This document shows, piece after piece, positions 22,604-34,800 of a stretch of DNA of 64,000 nt. The position numbers were made by a program, and so were the translations under genes. The notes beneath the pieces are model-generated. The model was not told the DNA's origin. It saw nothing but the letters and a program-made list of their open reading frames with translations, and searched no databases. Positions within the stretch are counted from its first letter, which is position 1, and each line of letters opens with the position of its first letter. Origin of the DNA: Mobula hypostoma (lineage: Eukaryota); assembly GCF_963921235.1 (NCBI RefSeq), contig NC_086097.1:107572001-107636000 (forward strand). Direction: 5' to 3'.

Positions 22604-22882
22604 TGTCATAAGGGCGGTGGCTGGGAACGGACCCAAGTGCAAGATACAGACACTGAAGTACTAGGGACAGGACTAGGATACAGGGCAAAGGCAAGGACAT
22701 GGACAGGAAAACCAGGAACCTGGAACAGGACTGAACAAGAGATCTAGGAGCCTGGGCTTGGACTCCGAGCCAGAGACTGGACAAGGACCCAGTACCTGGG
22801 TCTTGCCTCTGGCTCGGACCCCAGAACTAGGCAAGGACGAGGCTTGGCAGGCAGGCAGGACGAGGCAGAAATTTACAGGATT
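22604..22882 (-). mobile_element. Probable end (U5 side) of a Gypsy-type LTR inserted in the hAT transposase
   Basis: The transposase reading stops at TGTCA (22604). The minus strand ends ...GCACTTGGGTCC...ATGACA, resembling fish Gypsy LTR termini from memory. The sequence grades directly into the satellite. Confidence 0.6.
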
Positions 22883-25800
22883 GAAGCTTGAGGCTGGAGG
22901 CCGGAGACTTGAGGCGAGGCTGGAGACCGGAGACTGGAGGCGAGGCTGGAGGCCGGAGACTGGAGGCGAGGCCGGAGGCGAGTCTGGAGGCCGGAGACTG
23001 GAGGCGAGGCTGGAGGCCGGAAGCCGGAGACTTGAGGCGAGGCCGGAGGCCGGAGACCTGAGGCAAGAGGCCAGAGGCCAGAGGCCGGAGACCTGAGGCC
23101 GGAGACCAGAGGCGAGGCCGGAGGCCGGAGACTTGAGGCGAAGCCGGAGACCTGAGGCCGGAGACCGGAGGCCGGAGACCTGAGGCCGAAGGCCTGAGAC
23201 CTGAGACCTGAGACCGGAGGCCGGTGACCTGAGGCCAGAGACTTGAGGCCAGAGACCGGAGGCCAGAGGCCAGAAACTGGAGACCTGAGGCCAGAGGCTG
23301 GAGACCTGAGGCCAGAGACTGGAGACCTGAGGCCAGAGGCCAGAGGCTGGAGACCTGAGGCCGGAGGCTGGAAACCTGAGGCCAGAAGCCGGAAACTTGA
23401 GGCCGGAGACCTGAGGCACGGCTGGAGACCTGAGGCGAGGCCGGAGACCCGAGGCCAGAAGCTGGAGGCCGGAGGCCAGAGACCTGAGGCCAGAGACTGG
23501 AGGCCAGAGGCCAGAGGCTGGAAACCTGAGGCCAGAGGCTGGAGACCTGAGGCCAGAGGCCAGAGGCTGGAGACCTGAGGCCAGAGGCTGGAAACCTGAG
23601 GCCAGAGGCCAGAGGCCGGAAACCTGAGGCCGGAAACCTGAGGCACGGCTGGAGACCTGAGGCGAGGCCGGGTCTCCGAGGCCAGAAGCTGGAGGCCGGA
23701 GGCTGGAGACCTGAGGCCGGAGACTTGAGGCAAGGACAGAGGCCTGAGGCCTGAGGCCAGGCCCGAGGCCGGAGACCTGAGGCAAGGCCCGTGGCTGGAG
23801 ACCTGAGGCGAGGCCCGAGGCCGGAGAGCTGAGACCAGGCCAGAGACCCGAGGCGATGCCAGAGGCCGGAGACCGGAGGCGATGCCAGAGGCCGGAGACC
23901 CGAGGTGAGGCCAGAGGCCGGAGGCCGGAGACCTGAGGCGATGCCAGAGGCCGGAGACCTGAGGCCAGAAGCTGGAGGCTGGAGTCCGGAGACCAGAGGC
24001 CGGAGACTTGAGGCAAGGCCAGAGGCCGGAGACCTGAGGCCAGGCCCGAGGCCGGAGACCTGAGGCGAGGCCCGAGGTCGGGGACTGAGGCCAGAGACCT
24101 GAGGCCAGAGGTCGGAGATCCGAGGCGATGCCAGAGGTCGGAGACCCGAGGCGATGCCAGAAGCCGGAGACCCGAGGCGAGGCCAGAGGCCGGAGACCTG
24201 AGGACGGAGACCTGAGGCAAGGCCGGAGACCTGAGGGCAGAAGCTGGAGGCCGGAGGCCGGAGACCTGAGGCTGGAGACTTGAGGCAAGGCCAGAGGCCG
24301 GAGACCTGAGGCCAGGCCAGAGACCTGAGGACAGAGGCCGGAGACCCGAGGCGAGGGCAGAGGCCGGAGACCTGAGGCCGGAGACCTGAGGCGAAGCCGG
24401 AGGCCGGAGACCTGAGGCGATGCCAGAGGACGGAGACCTGAGGCCAGAGGCCAGAGGCCTGAGACCTGAGGCCGGAGACCTGAGGCGATGCCAGAGGCCG
24501 GAGACCTGAGGCCGGAGACCTGAGGACAGAGATCTGAGGACGGAGACCTGAGGTGAGGCCGGAGACCTGAGGCCAGAGACTTGAGGCGAAGTTGGAGGCT
24601 AGAGGCCAAGAGAATTGAGGCGAGGCCAGAGACCTGAGGCGAGGCCCGAGTCCGGAGACCTGAGGCCAGAGGCCAGAGGCCTGAGACCTGAGGCCGGAGA
24701 CCTGAGGACGGAGACCCGAGGCGAGGCCGGAGGCCGGAGACCTGAGGCGAGGCCGGAGACCTGAGGCGAAGCCGGAGGCCGGAGACCTGAGGCCAGAGAC
24801 CGGAGATCTGAGGCCAGAGGCCAGAGGCTGGAGACCTGAGACCTGAGGCCGGAGACCTGAGGACGGAGACCTGAGGCGAGGCCGGAGACCGGAGACATGA
24901 GGCCAGAGACTTGAGGCGAAGCTGGAGGCTGGAGGCTGGAAGCCGGAGACCTGAGGCGAGGCCGGAGACCTGAGGTGAAGCTGGAGGCCGGAGACCTGAG
25001 GCCAGGGCCAGAGGCCTGAGTCCTGAGGCCGGGGACCTGAGACCGGAGACCTGAGGCGAGGCCGGAGGCCGGAGACCTGAGGCCAGAGACTTGAGGCCAG
25101 AGACTTGAGGCGAAGTTGGAGGCTAGAGGCCAAGAGAATTGAGGCGAGGCCAGAGACCTGAGGCGAGGCCCGAGTCCGGAGACCTGAGGCCAGAGGCCTG
25201 AGACCTGAGGCCGGAGACCTGAGGACGGAGACCTGAGGCGAGGCCGGAGACCGGAGACATGAGGCCAGAGACTTGAGGCGAAGCTGGAGGCTGGAGGCTG
25301 GAAGCCGGAGACCTGAGCCGAGGCCGGAGACCTGAGGTGAAGCTGGAGGCCGGAGACCTGAGGCCAGAGGCCTGAGTCCTGAGGCCGGAGACCTGAGACC
25401 TGAGGCCAGAGGCCAGAGGCTGGAGACCTGAGACCTGAGGCCGGAGACCTGAGGACGGAGACCTGAGGCGAGGCCGGAGACCGGAGACATGAGGCCAGAG
25501 ACTTGAGGCGAAGCTGGAGGCTGGAGGCTGGAAGCCGGAGACCTGAGGCGAGGCCGGAGACCTGAGGTGAAGCTGGAGGCCGGAGACCTGAGGCCAGAGG
25601 CCAGAGGCCTGAGTCCTGAGGCCGGAGACCTGAGGCCGGAGACCTGAGGCGAGGCCGGAGGCCGGAGACCTGAGGCCAGAGACTTGAGGCCAGAGACTTG
25701 AGGCGAAGTTGGAGGCTAGAGGCCAAGAGAATTGAGGCAAGGCCGGAGACCTGAGGCGAGGCCGGAGGCCTGAGGCGAGGCCGGAGACCTGAGGCCAGAG

Positions 25801-28800
25801 ACTTCAGGCCAGAGGCCAGAGACCGGAGACCTGAGGCCAGAGACCGGAGACCTGAGGCCAGAGGCTGGAGACCTGAGGCGAGGCCAGAGACCTGAGGCGA
25901 GGATAGAGACCTGAGGCGAGGCCAGAGACCTGAGGTGAAGCTGGAGGCCTGAGGCCAGAGGCCAGAGGCTGGAGACCTGAGGCCTGAGGCCAGAGGCCGG
26001 AGACCTGAGGCCGGAGACTTGAGGCCAGGCCCGAGGCCGGAGACCTGAGGCGAGGCCAGAGGCCGGAGACCTGAGGCCAGGCCCGAGGCCGGAGACCTGA
26101 GGCGAGGCCGGAGGCCGGAGACCTGAGGCCAGAGACTTGAGGCGAGGCCGGAGGCCGGAGACCTGAGGTGAAGCCGGAGACCTGAGGCGAGGCCGGAGGC
26201 CTGAGTCGAAGCCTGAGGCCGGAGACCTGAGGACGGAGACCTGAGGCGAGGCCGGAGGCCGGAGACATGAGGCCAGAGACTTGAGGCCAGAGACTTGAGG
26301 CGAAGCTGGAGGCTGGAGGCTGGAAGCCGGAGACCTGAGGCGAGGCCGGAGACCTGAGGCCAGAGGCCAGAGGCCTGAGACCTGAGGCCGGAGACCTGAG
26401 GCCAGAGACTTGAGGCCAGAGACTTGAGGCGAATTTGGAGGCTAGAGGCCAAGAGAATTGAGGCGAGGCCGGAGACCTGAGGCGAGGCCGGAGGCCTGAG
26501 GCGAGGCCGGAGACCTGAGGCCAGAGACTTCAGGCCAGAGGCCAGAGACCGGAGACCTGAGGCCAGAGACCGGAGACCTGAGGCCAGAGGCTGGAGACCT
26601 GAGGCCAGAGGCCAGAGACCGGAGATCTGAGGCCAGAGGCCAGAGGCTGGAGACCTGAGGCCTGAGGCCGGAGGCCGGAGACCTGAGGCCGGAGACTTGA
26701 GGCCAGGCCCGAGGCCGGAGACTTGAGGCAAGGCCAGAGGCCGGAGACCTGAGGCCAGGCCCGAGGCCGGAGACCTGAGGCGAGGCCCGAGGCTGGGGAC
26801 TGAGGCCGGAGACCTGAGGCGAAGCTGGAGGCTGGAGGCTGGAGACTTGAGGCGAGGCCGGAGGCCGGAGACCTGAGGTGAAGCCGGAGACCTGAGGCGA
26901 AGCCGGAGACCTGAGGCGAGGCCGGAGACCTGAGGCCAGAGGCCAGAGGCCGGAGACCTGAGGCCAGAGGCCGGAGACCTGAGGCCAGAGGCCGGAGACC
27001 TGAGGCGAGGCCGGAGACCTGAGGCGAGGCCCTAGAGACCTGAGGCGAGGCCGGAGACCTGAGGCGAGAGGCTGGAGGCTGGAGACTTGAGGCGAGGCCG
27101 GAGGCCGGAGACCTGAGGTGAAGCCGGAGACCTGAGGCGAAGCCGGAGGCCGGAGACCTGAGGCGATGCCAGAGGCCGGAGACCTGAGGCCAGAGGCCAG
27201 AGGCCTGAGACCTGAGGCCGGAGACCTGAGGCGAGGCCGGAGACTTGAGACCTGAGGCCGGAGACCTGAGGACAGAGATCTGAGGACGGAGACCTGAGGT
27301 GAGGCCGGAGACCTGAGGCCAGAGACTTGAGGCGAAGCTGGAGGCTAGAGGCCAAGAGAATTGAGGCGAGGCCGGAGACCTGAGGCGAGGCCCGAGTCCG
27401 GAGACCTGAGGCCAGAGGCCAGAGGCCTGAGACCTGAGGCCGGAGACCTGAGGACGGAGACCTGAGGCGAGGCCGGAGGCCGGAGACTTGAGGCCAGAGA
27501 CTTGAGGCGAAGCTGGAGGCTGGAGGCTGGAAGCCGGAGACCTGAGGCGAGGCCGGAGACCTGAGGCGAAGCCGGAGGCCGGAGACCTGAGGACGGAGAC
27601 CTGAGGCGAGGCCGGAGACCGGAGACATGAGGCCAGAGACTTGAGGCGAAGCTGGAGGCTGGAGGCTGGAAGCCGGAGGCCTGAGTCCTGAGGCCGGAGA
27701 CCTGAGGCCGGAGACCTGAGGCGAGGCCGGAGGCCGGAGACCTGAGGCCAGAGACTTGAGGCCAGAGACTTGAGGCGAAGTTGGAGGCTAGAGGCCAAGA
27801 GAATTGAGGCGAGGCCGGAGACCTGAGGCGAGGCCGGAGGCCTGAGGCGAGGCCGGAGGCCTGAGGCGAGGCCGGAGACCTGAGGCCAGAGACTTCAGGC
27901 CAGAGGCCAGAGACCGGAGACCTGAGGCCAGAGACCGGAGACCTGAGGCCAGAGGCTGGAGACCTGAGGCCAGAGACCAGAGGCCAGAGACTTGAGGCGA
28001 AGCTGGAGGCCGGAGGCCGGAGACTTGAGGCCAGAGACTTGAGGCGAAGCTGGCGGCTAGAGGCCGAGAGAATTGAGGCGAGGCCGGAGACCTGAGGCGA
28101 GGCCGGAGGCCAGAGACCTGATGCCAGAGGTGGGAGACCTGACGCCAGAGGCCGGAGACTTGAGGCGAGGCCGGAGACCTGAGGCGAGGCCGGTGGCTGG
28201 AGGCCGGATATTTGAGGTGAGGCCGGAGACCTGTGGCGAGACCCGAGGTTGGAGACCTGAGGCAAGGCCGGAGACCTGAGGTGAGGCCAGAGACCTGAGG
28301 CCACAGACCTGAGGCCGGAGACCTGAGGCCAGAGACTTGAGGCGAAGCTGGAGGCCGGAGGCCGGAGACTTGAAGCAAGGCCGGAGGCCAGAGACCTGAG
28401 GCGAGGCCGGAGACTTGAGGTGAAGCTGGAGGCTGGAGGCCAGAGACTTGAGGCAAGGCCGGATGCCGGTGACCTGAGGCCAGAGGCCAGAGACCTGAGG
28501 CTTGGCCGGAGGCCAGAGACCTGAGGCGAGGCCCGAGGCCGGAGACCTGAAGCGAGGCCGGAGACTTGAGGCGAGGCTGGTGGCTGGAGGCCAGAGACTT
28601 GAGGCGAAGCTGGAGGCCGGAGGCCGGAGACTTGAGGCTGGAGACTTGAGGCGAAGCTGGCGGCTGGAGGCCGGAGACTTGAGGCAAGGCCGGAGGCCAG
28701 AGACCTGAGGCGAGTCCGGAGACTTGAGGCTTGGCCGGAGGCCAGAGACCTGAGGCGAGGCCCGAGGCCGGTGACCTGAGTCGAGGCCGGAGGCCGGAGA

Positions 28801-31800
28801 CCTCAGGCGAGGCCAGAGACCTGAAGCCAGAGACTTGAGGACAGAGACTTGAGGCTGGAGACTTGAGGCCGGAGACCAGAGGCGTGGCCAGAGGCCGGAG
28901 ACCTGATGCCAGAGACTTGAGGCATGGCTGGAGGCTGGAGGCCGGAGAATTGAGGCGAGGCCGGAGACCTGAGGCGAGGCCGGAGGCCTGAGGCGAGGCC
29001 GGAGGCCTGAGGCCAGAGACCTGTGGCGAGACCCGAGGTTGGAGACCTGAGGCGAGGCCGGAGGCTGGAGGCCGGAGTCCTGAGGTGAGACCAGAGACCT
29101 GAGGCCAGAGACTTGAGGCCAGAGACCTGAGGCCGGAGACTTGAGGCGAAGCAGGAGGCCGGAGGCCGGAGACTTGAGGCGAAGCTGGAGACCTGAGGCC
29201 TGAGGCGAAGCTGGAGGCTGGAGACCTGAGGTTAAAGACTTGAGGCCAGAGACCTGAGGACAGAGAATTGAGGCGAAACTGGAGACCGGAGACTGGAGAC
29301 CTGAGGCCAGAGGTCAGAGACCAGATTCCAGAGGCCGGAGACCTGAGGCCTGAGGCCAGAGGCCGGAGACCTGAGGCGATGCCAGAGGCCAGAGGCCGGA
29401 GACCTGAGGCGAGGCCAGGCCGGAGACCTGAGGCCAGAGGCCAGAGACCTGAGGCGAGGCCAGAGACCTGAGACCAGAAGCTGGAGGCCGGAGGCCGGAG
29501 ACTTGAGGCAAGGCCGTAGACCTGAGGACAGAGGCCGGAGACCCGAGGCGATGCCAGAGGCTGGAGACCCGAGGCGATGCCAGAGGCCGGAGACCCGAGG
29601 CGAGGCCAGACGCCGGAGATCTGAGGCGAGGCCAGAGACCTGAGGCGAGGCCGGAGACCTGAGGCGAGGCCAGAGACCTGAGGCCAGAAGCTGGAGGCCG
29701 GAGACCTGAGGCCAGAGGCTAGAGGCTGGAGACTTGAGGCCAGAGGCTGGAAACCTGAGGCCAGAGGCCGGAGGCCAGAGACTTGAGGCCGGAGACCTGA
29801 GGCGAGGCCGGAGACCTTAGGTGAGGCCGGAGACCCGAGGCCAGAAGCTGGAGGCCGGAGGCCGGAAACCTGAGACCAGAGACTTGAAGCAAGGCCGGAG
29901 GCCGGAGACCTGAGGCGAGGCCCGAGTCCGGAGACCTGAGGCCAGAGGCCAGAGGCCTGAGACCTGAGGCCGGAGACCTGAGGACGGAGACCCGAGGCGA
30001 GGCCAGACGCCGGAGATCTGAGGCGAGGCCAGAGACCTGAGGCGAGGATAGAGACCTGAGGCGAGGCCAGAGACCTGAGGCCAGAAGCTGGAGGCCGGAG
30101 ACCTGAGGCCAGGCCCGAGGCCGGAGACCTGAGGCCAGAGGCTAGAGGCTGGAGACTTGAGGCCAGAGGCTGGAAACCTGAGGCCAGAGGCCGGAGACCT
30201 GAGGCGAGGCCGGAGACCTTAGGTGAGGCCGGAGACCCGAGGCCAGAAGCTGGAGGCCGGAGGCCGGAAACCTGAGACCAGAGACTTGAAGCAAGGCCGG
30301 AGGCCGGAGACCTGAGGCGAGGCCCGAGTCCGGAGACCTGAGGCCAGAGGCCAGAGGACGGAGACCTGAGGCGAGGCCGGAGGCCGGAGACATGAGGCGA
30401 GGCCAGAGACCTGAGGCGAGGCCAGAGACCTGAGACCAGAAGCTGGAGGCCGGAGGCCGGAGACCTGAGGCCGGAGACTTGAGGCAAGGCCGTAGACCTG
30501 AGGACAGAGGCCGGAGACCCGAGGCGATGCCAGAGGCTGGAGACCCGAGGCGATGCCAGAGGCCGGAGACCCGAGGCGAGCCCAGACGCCGGAGATCTGA
30601 GGCGAGGCCAGAGACCTGAGGCGAGGATAGAGACCTGAGGCGAGGCCAGAGACCTGAGGCCAGAAGCTGGAGGCCGGAGACCTGAGGCCAGAGGCTAGAG
30701 GCTGGAGACTTGAGGCCAGAGGCTGGAAACCTGAGGCCAGAGGCCGGAGGCCAGAGACTTGAGGCCGGAGACCTGAGGCGAGGCCGGAGACCTTAGGTGA
30801 GGCCGGAGACCCGAGGCCAGAAGCTGGAGGCCGGAGGCCGGAAACCTGAGACCAGAGACTTGAAGCAAGGCCGGAGGCCGGAGACCTGAGGCGAGGCCCG
30901 AGTCCAGAGACCTGAGGCCAGAGGCCAGAGGCCTGAGACCTGAGGCCGGAGACCTGAGGACAGAGACCTGAGGCGAGGCCGGAGGCCGGAGACATGAGGC
31001 CAGAGACTTGAGGCCAGAGACTTGAGGCGAAGCTGGAGGCTGGAGGCTGGAAGCCGGAGGCCTGAGTCCTGATGCCGGAGACCTGAGGCCGGAGACCTGA
31101 GGCGAGGCCGGAGGCCGGAGACCTGAGGCCAGAGACTTGAGGCCAGAGACTTGAGGCGAAGCTGGAGACCGGAGACTGGAGACGTGAGGCCAGAGGCCGG
31201 AGGCCAGATTCCAGAGGCTGGAGACCTGAGGCCAGAGGCCGGAGACCTGAGGCCAGAGGCCAGAGACCTGAGGCCTGAGGCCAGAGGCCGGAGACCTGAG
31301 GCGATGCCAGAGTCCGGAGACCCGAGGCCAGAGGCCAGAGGCCGGAGACCTGAGGCCGGAGACCTGAGGCCAGAGGCCAGAGGCCGGAGACCTGAGGCCA
31401 GAGGCCAGAGGCCGGAGACCTGAGGCGAGGCCAGAGGCCGGAGACCTGAGGCGAGGCCAGAGGCCGGAGACCTGAGGCCGGAGACCTGAGGCCAGAGGCC
31501 GGAGGCTGGAGACTTGAGGCCAGAGGCCGGAAGCCAGATTCCAGAGGCTGGAGACCTGAGGCCTGAGGCCGGAGACCTGAGGCGATGCCAGAGGCCAGAG
31601 GCCGGAGACCTGAGGTTAGAGACTTGAGGCCAGAGACTTGAGGCCAGAGACTTGAGGCGAAGCTGGAGACCGGAGACTGGAGACCTGAGGCCAGAGGCCA
31701 GAGGTCAGATTCCAGAGGCCGGAGACCTGAGTCCAGAGGCTGGAGACCTGAGGCCTGAGGCCAGAGACCTGAGGCCAGAGACCTGAGGCCTGAGGCCAGA

Positions 31801-34800
31801 GGCAGGAGACCTGAGGCGATGCCAGAGGCCAGAGGCCGGAGACCTGAGGCTGGAGACCTGAGGCGAGGCCAGAGGCCGGAGACCTGAGGCCAGAGGCCGG
31901 AGACCCGAGTGATGCCAGAGGCCGGAGACCCGAGGCGATGCCAGAGTTTGGAGACCCGAGGCGAGGCCAGAGGCCGGAGACCTGATGCCGGAGACCTGAA
32001 GCCAGAGGCCGGAGGCTGGAGACCTGAGGCCAGAGGCCAGAGGCCGGAGACTTGAGGCGAGGCTGGTGGCCGGAGGCCGGAGACTTGAGGCGAGGCCGGT
32101 GGCCGGAGGCCGGAGACCTGAGACTTGAGGCGAGGCCAGAGACCTGAGGCCTGAGGCGAAGCTCAAGGCTGGAGGCCGGAGACCTGAGGTTAGAGATTTG
32201 AGGCCAGAGACTTGAGGCGAAGCTGGAGACCGGAGACTGGAGACCTGAGGCCAGAGGCCGGAGGCCAGATTCCAGAGGCTGGAGACCTGAGGCCAGAGGC
32301 CGGAGACCTGAGGCCTGAGGCCGGAGACCTCAGGCGATGCCAGAGGCCAGAGGCCGGAGACCTGAGGCGAGGCCAGAGGCCGGAGACCTGAGGCCAGAGG
32401 CCGGAGACCTGAGGCCAGAGGCCGGAGACCCGAGCGATGCCAGAGGCCGGAGACCTGAGGCGATGCCAGAGTCCGGAGACCCGAGGCGAGGCCAGAGGCC
32501 GGAGACCTGAGGCCGGAGACCTGAAGCCAGAGGCCGGAGGCTGGAGACCTGAGGCCAGAGACCAGAGGCCGGAGACTTGAGGCGAGGCTGGTGGCCAGAG
32601 GCCGGAGAGTTGAGGCGAGGCCGGAGACCTGAGACTTGAGGCAATGCCGGAGACCTGAGGCCTGAGGCAAAGCTCGAGGCTGGAGGCTGGAGACCTGAGG
32701 TTAGAGACTTGAGGCCAGAGACTTGAGGCGAAGCTGGAGACCGGAGACTGGAGACCTGAGGCCAGAGGCCGGAAGCCAGATTCCAGAGGCTGGAGACCTG
32801 AGGCCAGAGGCCGGAGACCTGAGGCCTGAGGCCGGAGACCTCAGGCGATGCCAGAGGCCAGAGGCTGGAGACCTGAGCTTAGTGACTTGAGGTCAGAGAC
32901 TTGAGGCCAGAGACTTGAGCCGAAGCTGGAGACCGGAGACTGGAGACCTGAGGCCAGAGGCCAGAGGTCAGATTCCAGAGGCCGGAGACCTGAGTCCAGA
33001 GGCTGGAGACCTGAGGCCTGAGGCCAGAGGCCAGAGACCTGAGGCCTGAGGCCAGAGGCCGGAGACCTGAGGCGATGCCAGAGGCCAGAGGCCGGAGACC
33101 TGAGGCTGGAGACCTGAGGCGAGGCCAGAGGCCGGAGACCTGAGGCCAGAGGCCGGAGACCCGAGCGATGCCAGAGGCCGGAGATCTGAGGCGAGGCCAG
33201 ATTTCGGAGACCCGAGGCGAGGCCAGAGGCCGGAGACCTGAGGCCGGAGACCTGACGCCAGAGGCCGGAGGCTGGAGACCTGAGGCCAGAGGCCAGAGGC
33301 CGGAGACTTGAGGCGAGGCTGGTGGCCGGAGGCCGGAGACTTGAGGCGAGGCCGGTGGCCGGAGGCCGGAGACCTGAGACTTGAGGCGAGGCCAGAGACC
33401 TGAGGCCTGAGGCGAAGCTCAAGGCTGGAGGCCGGAGACCTGAGGTTAGAGACTTGAGGCCAGAGACTTGAGGCGAAGCTGGAGACCGGAGACTGGAGAC
33501 CTGAGGCCAGAGACCGGAGACCTGAGGCCTGAGGTCGGAGACCTCAGGCGATGCCAGAGGCTAGAGGCCGGAGACCTGAGGCGAGGCCAGAGGCCGGAGA
33601 CCTGAGGCCAGAGGCAGGAGTCCTGATGCCAGAGGCCGGAGACCCGAGCGATGTCAGAGGCCGGAGACCCGAGGCGATGCCAGAGTCCGGAGACCCGAGA
33701 CGAGGCCAGAGGCCTGAGACCTGAGGCCAGAGGCCCGAGACCCGAGGCAATGCCATAGGCCGGAGACCCGAGGTGATGCCAGAGGCCGGAGACCCGAGGC
33801 GAGGCCAGAGGCCGGAGACCTGAGGCCGGAGACCTGAGGCCAGAGGCCAGCGGCTGGAGACCTGGGGCCAGAGACCTGAGACCTGAGGCAAAGCTGGAGG
33901 CTGGAGGCCGGAGACTTGAGGCGAGGCTGGTGGCCGGAGGCCGGAGACTTGAGGCGAGGCCTGTGGCCAGAGGCAGGAGACTTGAGGCGAAGCTGGAGAC
34001 CGGAGACTGGAAACCTGAGGCCAGAGGCCAGAATACAGAGGCTGGAGACCTGAGACAAGAGGCTGGATACCTGAGGCCAGAGGCAAGAGGCTGGAGACCT
34101 GAGACAAGAGGCTGGATACCTGAGGCCAGAGGCAAGAGGCTGGAGACCTGAGGCCAGAGACTGGAGACCTGAGGCCAGAGGCTGGAGACCTGAGACCAGA
34201 GGCCAGAGGCAGGAGGCCAGAGGCCGGAGACCTGAGACCTGAGGCAGGGCCGGAGACCTGAGGCGATGCCAGAGGCCGGAGGCCGGAGGCCGGAGACCTG
34301 AGGCCCAAGGCCAGAAGCTGGAGGCCGGTGGACGGAGACCTGAGGCCGGAAACCTGAGGTGAGGCCCGATGCCAGAGGCCAGAGGCCGGTGGCCAGAGGC
34401 CGGAGACCTGAGACTTGAGGCGAGGCCAGAGACCTGAGGCCTGAGGCGAAGCTCAAGGCTAGAGGCCGGAGACCTGAGGTTAGAGACTTGAGGCCAGAGA
34501 CTTGAGGCGAAGCTGGAGACCGGAGACTGGAGACCTGAGGCAAGAGGCCAGAGGCCGGAGACTTGAGGCGAGGCTGGTGGCCGGAAGCCGGAGACTTGAG
34601 GCGAGGCCGGTGGCCGGAGGCCGGAGACCTGAGACTTGAGGCGAGGCCAGAGACCTGAGGCCTGAGGCGAAGCTCAAGGCTGGAGGCCGGAGACCTGAGG
34701 TTAGAGACTTGAGGCCAGAGACTTGAGGCGAAGCTGGAGACCGGAGACTGGAGACCTGAGGCCAGAGGCCGGAGGCCAGATTCCAGAGGCTGGAGACCTG

